Shown here: one piece after another, positions 19,602-27,180 of the stretch | Numbering within the stretch: the stretch's first letter is position 1 | Layout of the letters: every line of letters begins with the position of its first letter | Virus record (IMG/VR): IMGVR_UViG_3300018080_000002 | Coordinates: 32,001 to 96,000 of that record | DNA from: a virus | Length of the DNA stretch: 64,000 nt | Strand: one strand, 5' to 3' | Made by a program: the position numbers and the translations under genes | The notes under the pieces: model-generated | What the model saw: only the letters and a program-made list of their open reading frames with translations | What the model was told of the DNA's origin: nothing | Databases searched by the model: none

Positions 19602-20397
19602 AATAGCCAGTATTGGGAATAGTCCTGTGGGTGATAAATGTGTTTTGTTTGAAGAAAAGATCAAGAGATTTGTGACATCAGAATTTGTTCGGGGGAATTA
19701 TCGAGAAAAACTTGATCCTGATGGTTATATCAGAGTGTCCAGTATTCCGTATATGTGTCCCAGGGACGAAGTCTGGTACGCATTGACTGACGAGCTTCAG
19801 TATAAAGAGAAAGAACGTCTCAGGATCACTTTTGATTTTGGTAAAGCCTTTGAAGGTATAATTCGTGATAATTACCTGGCTCCGATGGAGATATTGAAGG
19901 GGGATTGGGAGTGTGCGAAGTGTGGTTATGTCGTACAGTCTGAAGAAGAAAAGCTGATTAAGCCTTATTATGGATGTCCGTCATGTAATGCTATTCGATG
20001 GAAATATCATGAATCTGAGTTGGTCAATGAGCAGTATAAGATAACAGGCCATTGTGATGGTATTGTAGAGCTGGACGGGAATGACTATGTGCTAGAGATA
20101 AAATCTTGTAATGCTTACTTTTTCAAGCTTTTCAAGAATGACGCTTACTCATGCTCTTTTTTCTCGAAATACCTGATTCAGATACAGATGTATATGTGGT
20201 TGAGTGGGATTCATAACGGTATTTTTTTATTTTTTAACAAGGATAGTAGCACAATGTATTCATTGCCTGTATCTTATAGCGAATCAATTGTTGATGACGT
20301 TTTGAAGTTTGTTTCAGATATCAGGCATTGTATTAGAAATAGTATTTTGCCTGAGTGTACCTGTAAGAAACAGGATCATGTGGACTTGAAATTATGA
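19579..20397 (+). CDS. Cas4-like PD-(D/E)xK exonuclease (stand-alone)
   Basis: CPR, GHCDG, LEIKS, QIQMYM; Zn-ribbon insert. Confidence 0.75.
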   Translation: MGMMMLDEIASIGNSPVGDKCVLFEEKIKRFVTSEFVRGNYREKLDPDGYIRVSSIPYMCPRDEVWYALTDELQYKEKERLRITFDFGKAFEGIIRDNYLAPMEILKGDWECAKCGYVVQSEEEKLIKPYYGCPSCNAIRWKYHESELVNEQYKITGHCDGIVELDGNDYVLEIKSCNAYFFKLFKNDAYSCSFFSKYLIQIQMYMWLSGIHNGIFLFFNKDSSTMYSLPVSYSESIVDDVLKFVSDIRHCIRNSILPECTCKKQDHVDLKL

Positions 20398-20945
20398 GTG
20401 ATTTTAGTGTCATGGGTATAGATCCGTCATTGACTGCAACGGGAATTGCGGTGATAAAATCCGATGCTACAGCTATGGGTTGGACGAGAGGGGTTTCTGT
20501 TAAAAAAAAGGCATCCAACCTTACAAGACTAAAAAGGTTATTGTTTTTGGCGAGTTCTATTATAGAGATTGTTGATGAACATAATGTTAGGTACATTGGT
20601 GTAGAACAAGCAACATTTGGTTATTCTGTCAGAGCTATGGAGCTAAGAGAACTTTTGATTGTTTTAAATACTCAGTTGTTTTTAAAGTATGGATTCATGG
20701 CTGTAAATATTCCGTTTGCGACTATTCGGAAGTATTTTTTGGGTGATGGTAAGACTGGCAGGACCAAAAAGGATGATATTGTGGCTCATGTCAGAGAGGA
20801 ATTTGGTTATACATTATCAAGCACAGATGAGTATGAGGCTTTAGCTGTGGCTAGAATAATGTATGAAAATCGCAAATTTGATCGATCTAGTTTTTGCTCC
20901 TATAAACGAGAGGTACACGGTCGTATTGATAAGGTGTTGGCATGA
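20394..20945 (+). CDS. ruvC: RuvC-like Holliday junction resolvase
   Basis: MGIDPSLTATG, IGVEQ, G.G...K.D, DE.EALAVA. Confidence 0.75.
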   Translation: MSDFSVMGIDPSLTATGIAVIKSDATAMGWTRGVSVKKKASNLTRLKRLLFLASSIIEIVDEHNVRYIGVEQATFGYSVRAMELRELLIVLNTQLFLKYGFMAVNIPFATIRKYFLGDGKTGRTKKDDIVAHVREEFGYTLSSTDEYEALAVARIMYENRKFDRSSFCSYKREVHGRIDKVLA

Positions 20946-21235
20946 CGATAGGTTTAAATTTTGCGTTTATTTCAGGGAATGTCGGGGAAGTAACTTTTAG
21001 TACGACTGGAAGTAATGTTCCTTGTTGCAGTTTTTTCATTGCGTCTGAAAGGCAGGGCTATGATGCTGTATGGGTTCGCGTGAATGTGTATGGCAAAAAT
21101 ACGAATATATGCAAGGATAAGCTTGCTAAGGGTGTTTACGTTATTGTTAAGGGTGAAATGATGAATCGGACGTCTGGTGGTAAAAATGAGAAATTTCTTA
21201 CAGAGGTAAGATGCCATGAGATCGTGTTTCCATGA
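20942..21235 (+). CDS. ssb: OB-fold single-stranded DNA-binding protein (short SSB)
   Basis: LN...ISGNVG...W.RVNVYGK...L.KG..V.V.G...TEV. Confidence 0.75.
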   Translation: MTIGLNFAFISGNVGEVTFSTTGSNVPCCSFFIASERQGYDAVWVRVNVYGKNTNICKDKLAKGVYVIVKGEMMNRTSGGKNEKFLTEVRCHEIVFP

Positions 21236-21238
21236 AAG

Positions 21239-22126
21239 GTGGGTGTGATGATGGAAAATAATGAGAATAAGGAATTGGAAGTAGTTGATGATAGCAATGG
21301 TTATCTCGATGAAATTGAGGAAGAAAATACTGAGGTTGAAGAAATGGATAACCTCAATCAAGAGCAGCTAGAACAGCTCAGGCAGGAGACTAAAAAGCTG
21401 TCTGAAGCTGGTGATGCTGCATACATTACAATGGCTGGAAACTTATATGAGATACGTAAGAGCAAGTCATATAAGGGTTGGAAATATGATAAATTCCGAG
21501 ATTATGTTGAGACAGAGTTAAGCATCTCTTTGAGAAAAGCTGAATATTTGATGCAAATTTGGGATTATTATGTGGAGAAAGTTGGTGGTGGTAGCAAGGC
21601 ATTATTAGACAAGGTGAAAGGTCTTGGTCTTACCAAGCTCAAAGACTGTATCAATGTAATCAAGCCAGATAATGTCGACAAGGTGTTGGATCAAATTAAG
21701 GATCTGTCTGTTCGTAGAGTTGCGGAGATCAAAAAAGAAATCAATATTAGCGTAGATATTGCCAAAGATACCGAGTCTGATTCTAAGACGGTGGATTCAG
21801 AGGACGTTGATGATTTAGCAGCATCCACTAAACATTCTATGAATTTCAAGCTCTATTCTGAGCAATATAAATCAGTTAAAGATGCTCTTGAATTGTCTGG
21901 TAAGATAGGGAATACCAAGTGCCGAAACACTCAATTGAGGTATATCTCGGAAGAATTTTTAAGTCTACATCAGACAGGCGATTCGGATAAGAGTCGTTTG
22001 GATGCCTGTGAGAGATTTGAAAAGCTATATAATGTGAAGATTTTGGTAGCTGATGCGGTTTCTGGTACTATTTTATATGGAGAGGATATTGAGGAAAAAT
22101 TATCAACCATTGTAAAGGCTAGTTAA
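21239..22126 (+). CDS. Hypothetical protein, probably DNA-binding
   Basis: LYEIR...Y.KF.DYVE.EL.IS.R.A.YLM helical motif. Confidence 0.6.
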   Translation: MGVMMENNENKELEVVDDSNGYLDEIEEENTEVEEMDNLNQEQLEQLRQETKKLSEAGDAAYITMAGNLYEIRKSKSYKGWKYDKFRDYVETELSISLRKAEYLMQIWDYYVEKVGGGSKALLDKVKGLGLTKLKDCINVIKPDNVDKVLDQIKDLSVRRVAEIKKEINISVDIAKDTESDSKTVDSEDVDDLAASTKHSMNFKLYSEQYKSVKDALELSGKIGNTKCRNTQLRYISEEFLSLHQTGDSDKSRLDACERFEKLYNVKILVADAVSGTILYGEDIEEKLSTIVKAS

Positions 22127-22127
22127 T

Positions 22128-22469
22128 ATGGCAATTAGGCTACCTATAAGTCGTGCTAGAGTCGATTTTCTTGCTGACTGGTTAGAGGAAAGAACTGGTG
22201 TTGAGGCTAGATATTTTAAGACTAAGCTGACGAATAAGTTTCCTGGTATTTCTGAGGTAGAGGCTGATGAAGGTGTATCGGGATTACATCTATATCTTGA
22301 GGCAACAGACATTAGTTCTGAGACGATATGGTTTGGGAAGTTAGATGATCTTAGATCTGATGATCAGGATGTATTTTTTACTATTTTTGCTCCGAAAGAT
22401 TTTACAGGTTCCAGATATTTTCAGTACGTAGGAGAGGTGTCAGGGGTTCCAGATCTTTCATATGTTTAG
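22128..22469 (+). CDS. Hypothetical protein
   Basis: Packed 113-aa ORF. Confidence 0.55.
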   Translation: MAIRLPISRARVDFLADWLEERTGVEARYFKTKLTNKFPGISEVEADEGVSGLHLYLEATDISSETIWFGKLDDLRSDDQDVFFTIFAPKDFTGSRYFQYVGEVSGVPDLSYV

Positions 22470-22481
22470 TCGAAAGGGGTA

Positions 22482-22802
22482 ATGATGATTTCTAAAGCGT
22501 TCAGGGATTGTCATCATATTAATGGCGTAAAAATCGATAGAGCCAGTTTAGGCACATCATCTGATTTGGTTATTGCATATGATGATAAAGCGGAAAGCCT
22601 GTTCTTAAAATTTCAAAAAGGATCGGTTAGGAAAAATGGCGTTGTAGAGGATGATTTGCTGGATATTGTGGAAAAGCTTATCGTTTCCAATGATGATGGT
22701 TGTGGTGATTTTTCGTCTAATTGGAATAAAGCTGCTTTAGAGGGTATTGCCGTAGCTCGTAAGGCTTTAAAAGAAAGAGCTAAGACGTATCCGTTGAAAT
22801 AA
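22482..22802 (+). CDS. Tad1-like anti-defence signal-sponge protein
   Basis: LKFQKG...NGV.EDDLLDIV...GDFSS..N..AL..I..A...L.ER resembles the Tad1 family pattern. Confidence 0.55.
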   Translation: MMISKAFRDCHHINGVKIDRASLGTSSDLVIAYDDKAESLFLKFQKGSVRKNGVVEDDLLDIVEKLIVSNDDGCGDFSSNWNKAALEGIAVARKALKERAKTYPLK

Positions 22803-22823
22803 CGTAATTGTAAGGAGGTTTCG

Positions 22824-23096
22824 ATGTCTAATAGTAATGATGTTCATTTCTCAAATAAGGTAATCAGCACGTTAAGCGATAATGATATACTTCATTTGAG
22901 CGTATCTCACCGTTGTAAGCCGGAGGTGGGTGAAAAATTCAAGCAAATTAATGAGGGCTGTGAGAAATTCATCAAGCTCATTAGAGATACATGCCCAGGT
23001 TGCGCGGATTCGCAGAATGCGATGCGATGTATCAGGGAAGCTAGAATGTGGGCAAATTCTGCCTTGGCTTTGGATCAAAAGAATTGGGATGACTAG
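22824..23096 (+). CDS. Acb2/Tad1-superfamily helical-hairpin sponge protein
   Basis: H...P....F..I...F...I...CP...D...A...IREARMWANSALA. Confidence 0.65.
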   Translation: MSNSNDVHFSNKVISTLSDNDILHLSVSHRCKPEVGEKFKQINEGCEKFIKLIRDTCPGCADSQNAMRCIREARMWANSALALDQKNWDD

Positions 23097-23511
23097 GAGG
23101 AATAAGGTGACGATTACATATAGGGTATATGATTCATATAAAGTAAGACCTGTCGTAGATGCGTTGAATAGGCGTAGAGAGGTTGAAGAGTTTCCTCTTG
23201 TGGTCGGTGATACATTGCCCTATCTGGATTTTAGTCTGATTGATGAGGATGAAAATCCGTATGATCTTACTGGGCATACAGTCAAATTTTACTTTAAAAA
23301 ATATGGGCTTGGGTATCATTCAAATAGTAGTACTGAGTGTGATATTGTCGAGGCGGTTTCTGGCACATGTAGATACAGTTGGAGCGAGGGTGATATTGAA
23401 GAACCTGGGCTGCATGTCGGAGAATTAGAATTAACTACTCAAGATCATAAGAAATTATCGATGCCTTACGTGGTCCGATTTCGAGTCAGGGATCAGTTAG
23501 AACAAACTTGA
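23089..23511 (+). CDS. BppU-N-like virion/baseplate domain protein
   Basis: GDTLP.L.F.L.D....YDLTG.TV.F...G.C.Y.W..GD....G...GE. Confidence 0.6.
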   Translation: MTRRNKVTITYRVYDSYKVRPVVDALNRRREVEEFPLVVGDTLPYLDFSLIDEDENPYDLTGHTVKFYFKKYGLGYHSNSSTECDIVEAVSGTCRYSWSEGDIEEPGLHVGELELTTQDHKKLSMPYVVRFRVRDQLEQT

Positions 23512-23608
23512 TAATATATTAGTTATCAATTCTTGTTTGTTTTTCCTTGGATTTATGTTAATATTCAATAACAAACTGTTTTTGTTGATTTTAGTTAGGT
23601 TGTTGATT

Positions 23609-24844
23609 ATGTCTGTACTCAGGATTCAGGGGGAGAACGATAAAATATATGAGATTACGAGAGAGGGGAAAAAATATATTTGTCCTTGCTCTGGATATAC
23701 TCATGGTCGTTGCTCTCATACTGCTAAAGCCAAAGATTTTTTAGAAAATGACTTCAAATCATATAAAGATGCCTTGTTTTCTGCGTTTCATAAAGAGGTC
23801 AGGCGTTGTGATCTACAGCGGGGTATGACCTGGGCTTATATCATCAAAAAATTTAATAGCGATAAGGAAGTTCGGGATTTTTATTTGAAAATCTGCATTG
23901 AGGATACTCGGAATTTTGATCTATACAATTTGATCATCAATCAGTGGGGTGTCAAAGGTCAGATTGAAATTGCGAAGCTCTTGATTTTGTCAAAAAAGCG
24001 ATGGATGAACAATAAAGACGATTGGTTGGAAAAGCTGGTAAAGGGCTATATTGCTCAGATTGATGACGACCATTGGCCTGAAGATAAGGTTCGGAGGACG
24101 ATTTTTAACAGCTCTGATTTAGCCGAGTGGTACTCCTGCGTTTTTGCGGTTTTCAATTCGGATGATCGATCCAAGATGATTCGTGCTTTTGTTGAATCAT
24201 TGAAAAATCGGATGTATTCACAAACTCGTTTGCCGAATAGAAACGAGAGCAAATTTTTGATGGCTACGACTTTGGGATTTAATGAACTTTTGGCTTTATG
24301 CGATTTAGGTTTAGGATATTGGAATAGTGGAATGAATGAATATATGGGTGATGAAGAATATGTGAAACCTAATTACATCCCAAAATTTCAAGATTATACT
24401 CATGATAATATGACTACTACGGGCAAAAACCGCTTATACAAGCATTGGTTTTCGATACGTTTCGGAAAAAAACAACCTCCTAAAATTGATATGCGTTGGT
24501 CGGGAATGATGTACGGGCTGCTATGGAGACAATTAGCTTTTCGTAAAGTTAAAGGCGATTTGAGAGAAATTGATTGGAAGGAAATTGAAGTAGATGGTAA
24601 GTTTTTAGAATTGGCTCAAAGACTGGATGGATGTCTGCATAAATTGTTTTATGGAATGGTTCATTTCATGAACTTTAGGTTGGATGATGATCCGTTATTT
24701 ACGCGAATTGTGTCCGATTGTAAGGGTCATGAGGATCTAGTCAGACCTGTCGAGTTTTTCGGGACTAAGAGAGACAATGTATTATTTAAGCAGGAATGCG
24801 CTAGGATTTATGGAAACATAGATGATCAGGTTCAACTTTCATAA
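23609..24844 (+). CDS. SWIM Zn-finger protein with an MgsA/RarA-C-like helical domain
   Basis: CPC...CSH; SAFHKEVRRCD; P.F.DY..D..T..G. Confidence 0.5.
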   Translation: MSVLRIQGENDKIYEITREGKKYICPCSGYTHGRCSHTAKAKDFLENDFKSYKDALFSAFHKEVRRCDLQRGMTWAYIIKKFNSDKEVRDFYLKICIEDTRNFDLYNLIINQWGVKGQIEIAKLLILSKKRWMNNKDDWLEKLVKGYIAQIDDDHWPEDKVRRTIFNSSDLAEWYSCVFAVFNSDDRSKMIRAFVESLKNRMYSQTRLPNRNESKFLMATTLGFNELLALCDLGLGYWNSGMNEYMGDEEYVKPNYIPKFQDYTHDNMTTTGKNRLYKHWFSIRFGKKQPPKIDMRWSGMMYGLLWRQLAFRKVKGDLREIDWKEIEVDGKFLELAQRLDGCLHKLFYGMVHFMNFRLDDDPLFTRIVSDCKGHEDLVRPVEFFGTKRDNVLFKQECARIYGNIDDQVQLS

Positions 24845-24855
24845 GGAGTATTAAC

Positions 24856-25269
24856 ATGCGAATGAAATTTTTGATGGCAACGATTTTTTTGGCGTTATTT
24901 TCATGCGGAGAAAGAGAGGATCAGGAAAAGAAACCAAATTATGACAAATTGTTGGTTGGTGTATGGGAAATGGTTAGGCAAACCCCTACAGCAGAGGATG
25001 TGGTTAAATGCGGTGATATCATGATCCTTCACTCAGATCAGACGGTGACGAGACAGTACAAATGCGGGAATGAGGTAAGGACTACGGTAAATAGGAATTT
25101 CAGAGGTCACTATGAGCGTTTCGGAGACAGATTACATTTCAGATATGCAAATGCCATGACTGAGATCTATTTTTTCACTCTCGATGATAATGAATTGACG
25201 TTGGTTAAGAGTAATCAGGAGATCGTTTATTACCGGAGACCTTCAGACGGGTTAAGGATTGAGGACTAA
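24856..25269 (+). CDS. Lipocalin-like lipoprotein
   Basis: Lipobox LALFSC followed by LLVGVWE. Confidence 0.6.
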   Translation: MRMKFLMATIFLALFSCGEREDQEKKPNYDKLLVGVWEMVRQTPTAEDVVKCGDIMILHSDQTVTRQYKCGNEVRTTVNRNFRGHYERFGDRLHFRYANAMTEIYFFTLDDNELTLVKSNQEIVYYRRPSDGLRIED

Positions 25270-25272
25270 GAA

Positions 25273-25578
25273 ATGTATGTAAAGTTCGTTTTCGTACTCG
25301 TATGTTCCGTATTTTTGTTAGGTAGTAAGATCCCGAATAGAAAACCGGATGTTGTTTCACAAAGAGCTAAAATTTCTGACTACTATATTTATGATAAAAA
25401 ATCTCGGAAATGGATCTGGAAACCAGATTACTATGCTGCCGTTAGAAAAAAAATGGCTAAAAATAGGAAAAAATATCGGAAATTGCAGGCAAAAAAGAAA
25501 CCAGTTATCAAGAAAAAGCGAAAAGTTGAGCCGTTCATATATAGAGATGATCCTGTTATACAATACATATTAAAATAG
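25273..25578 (+). CDS. Secreted or membrane-anchored basic protein
   Basis: Signal-like N-terminus, Lys-rich. Confidence 0.5.
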   Translation: MYVKFVFVLVCSVFLLGSKIPNRKPDVVSQRAKISDYYIYDKKSRKWIWKPDYYAAVRKKMAKNRKKYRKLQAKKKPVIKKKRKVEPFIYRDDPVIQYILK

Positions 25579-25628
25579 TTGACTCCAATTTGCTTATCGA
25601 TTACAAGGGTATGGTCTATTGAACTTGT

Positions 25629-25716
25629 AGGACAATGGACGACTGGTATCTGAATGACACAGCTTCGAGAGTTTCACTCTTTTTTTGTCATTTAGATGCC
25701 AGCCTGCTTGTGTTTT
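25629..25716 (+). ncRNA. Long hairpin RNA heading the tRNA-mimic array (unit 0)
   Basis: 17-bp helix 25643-25659/25686-25702 with two G-U pairs; encloses GCTTCG and a mini hairpin AGAG-TTTCA-CTCT. Confidence 0.5.
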
Positions 25717-25755
25717 GATGTTTGATGTATTGCGTACTTAAAACCGTTCAAAAAC

Positions 25756-25825
25756 GGTAGCGAGATGTAAGTGAGGGCTACTTCGGCCATTATGAAATTC
25801 CCCTTGCTGATTTGTTTCCGCTATC
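25756..25825 (+). ncRNA. Putative Y-RNA-like unit 1 (scaffold only, 15-nt cargo)
   Basis: ggtagcg AGATGTA agtgaggg c TACTTCG [cargo] cccttgct GATTTGTTTC cgctatc. Confidence 0.65.
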
Positions 25826-25838
25826 ATAGTATTTGTAC

Positions 25839-25950
25839 TGACGAGATGTATGTGAGAGTTACTTCGTAAGTTCGACTCTTATCCCTCCCTCCATTCCATT
25901 ACGGGGGGGTTGTCCAGTGGGGACATTTCTCTTACAGTCTGTTTCCGTCA
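25839..25950 (+). ncRNA. Putative Y-RNA-like unit 2 (permuted tRNA cargo: T arm, acceptor with internal UCCA, D arm)
   Basis: tgacg AGATGTA tgtgagag t TACTTCG ... ctcttaca GTCTGTTTC cgtca; T loop TTCGACT. Confidence 0.7.
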
Positions 25951-25966
25951 TCAATCAGGTAAAATT

Positions 25967-26078
25967 TGCAGAGTAGTGTAGGTTAGAGATACTTCGTGTA
26001 ATGGTTACACATCTGACTCGAAATCGGACGTAGCGGTTCAAATCCGCAGTTTTCCTCTTACTGATTGTTCTCTCTGCA
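25967..26078 (+). ncRNA. Putative Y-RNA-like unit 3 (cargo = D, anticodon (CGA) and T arms; scaffold replaces the acceptor stem)
   Basis: tgcagag TAGTGTA ggttagag a TACTTCG ... ctcttact GATTGTTCT ctctgca. Confidence 0.7.
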
Positions 26079-26092
26079 TTAACGATATTTGA

Positions 26093-26230
26093 TATAGGCG
26101 CAGTGTAGATTATGCTTACTTCGCATTGAAAGCGGCGGGTCGTTGGTTCGAGTCCAACTCTGGGGGTTTCCCCAGATAGCTCAGTTGGTAGAGCAGCTTC
26201 GTATGGCATTATTGATTGTTCTCGTCTATA
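26093..26230 (+). ncRNA. Putative Y-RNA-like unit 4 (YrlA-type permuted tRNA: T arm, loop-closed acceptor, D arm)
   Basis: GTTGG-TTCGAGT-CCAAC, TCTGGGG-GTTT-CCCCAGA and TAGCTCAGTTGGTAGAGCA inside the scaffold tataggcg/cgtctata. Confidence 0.75.
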
Positions 26231-26247
26231 CTAATTTTGCTGATAAT

Positions 26248-26387
26248 GAGAGCGTGATGTAGATTATAGACTTCCTTCGCATTTTAGCTCACTTGGTAGA
26301 GCACAAAAGTTAGAATTTTGAGGTAGCGGGTTCAATCCCCGCAAATGTGACCATTAGGTCGGGTCTTATTCGCCTGTTTCCGCTCTT
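26248..26387 (+). ncRNA. Putative Y-RNA-like unit 5 (cargo = complete tRNA)
   Basis: gagagcg TGATGTA gattatagac t TCCTTCG ... gtcttattc GCCTGTTTC cgctctt. Confidence 0.7.
26278..26353 (+). tRNA. tRNA-like gene nested in unit 5; anticodon TAG (nominally Leu), short variable loop, encoded CCA
   Basis: 76-nt cloverleaf: CGCATTT/AAATGTG, GCTC/GAGC, CAAAA-GTTAGAA-TTTTG, GCGGG-TTCAATC-CCCGC, ACCA. Confidence 0.7.
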
Positions 26388-26407
26388 TTAATACGTTAGG
26401 TGATATT

Positions 26408-27127
26408 ATGCTTGTTGTTGATCAGAGTCAGTTTGATAGATTTTTTTCCATCCTAGAAAAACCCGAAAAAGATGAAGTATATTTTGTGTCTCTGTCAGCC
26501 AGAAACAAGTATTTGACTGATGAAGAACGCCAACGCTTTCGCCTTGGCAAAACGGAGATGTTTGGTCGGACCACTATCAAGGATTTTAACGATCTTCCAT
26601 ATATCGTGCGGAAGCTAGAGGGGTTCCTTGGCGCATATCGCACCAGGAGCGGTTTAGAGATCCCTGAGCAAGCGAGAGTGGTTTACATCAATGTCAACCC
26701 ATCCTCAACAATTAAGGCGTATACAGCCTTGACTAAGGATCTTAATGACGCTTTATTTCGTTGTCATCTCGGCACTTGTGATTACTCGATGTTCAAGTCT
26801 ATTGAGCGCAGGATTTTGAATCATGTCCAGAGATCCAGATCTCGGCAGGTTTTCGTAGATATTGATTTTGATAACGTATCGGAAACGCTTGTTAAGGTGT
26901 TTAGAGGTCGTATTAGAGATACCGAGAATTACTTGATACGAACGAAATCAGGTGTTCATGTTTTGATCAAAAAAGAGACTTTAACGAAAGATATCAAGCT
27001 TGGTGTGATCATTGAGAATTTCAATGATGAAGCTAAAACGAGCGGTGGAGAGGTCGAGATAAACCAGAACCAGATGGTTCCTATGCCGGGAACAATGCAA
27101 GCTGGTCATTTGGTTACGATCGAGTAA
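26408..27127 (+). CDS. AEP (archaeo-eukaryotic primase/prim-pol superfamily)-like protein
   Basis: Motif I VFVDIDFD, motif II IRTKSGVH, C-terminal P.PGT. Confidence 0.55.
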   Translation: MLVVDQSQFDRFFSILEKPEKDEVYFVSLSARNKYLTDEERQRFRLGKTEMFGRTTIKDFNDLPYIVRKLEGFLGAYRTRSGLEIPEQARVVYINVNPSSTIKAYTALTKDLNDALFRCHLGTCDYSMFKSIERRILNHVQRSRSRQVFVDIDFDNVSETLVKVFRGRIRDTENYLIRTKSGVHVLIKKETLTKDIKLGVIIENFNDEAKTSGGEVEINQNQMVPMPGTMQAGHLVTIE

Positions 27128-27180
27128 TATCTGTCTGAAGAAACTAGAAAATCCCTAAAATACCTTATTTGACTGTTTTG

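Noticed and set aside
25955-26209. 84-aa minus-strand ORF
   Set aside because: Antisense shadow of the tRNA-like units (the VGLEPTT pattern is typical of reverse-read T arms)
26309-26315. Stop-codon suppressor tRNA or alternative genetic code
   Set aside because: The anticodon in register is TAG (reads CUA), not CTA or TTA. Genes end in TAA, TAG and TGA and long ORFs are intact under code 11.
25756-26387. CRISPR array interpretation of the repeated units, given the Cas4-like gene at 19579
   Set aside because: The repeats are not identical. They are split into two mutually pairing halves with covariation, and the inserts vary from 15 to ~85 nt and are tRNA-like. The Cas4-like gene sits in a recombination operon with no other cas genes.
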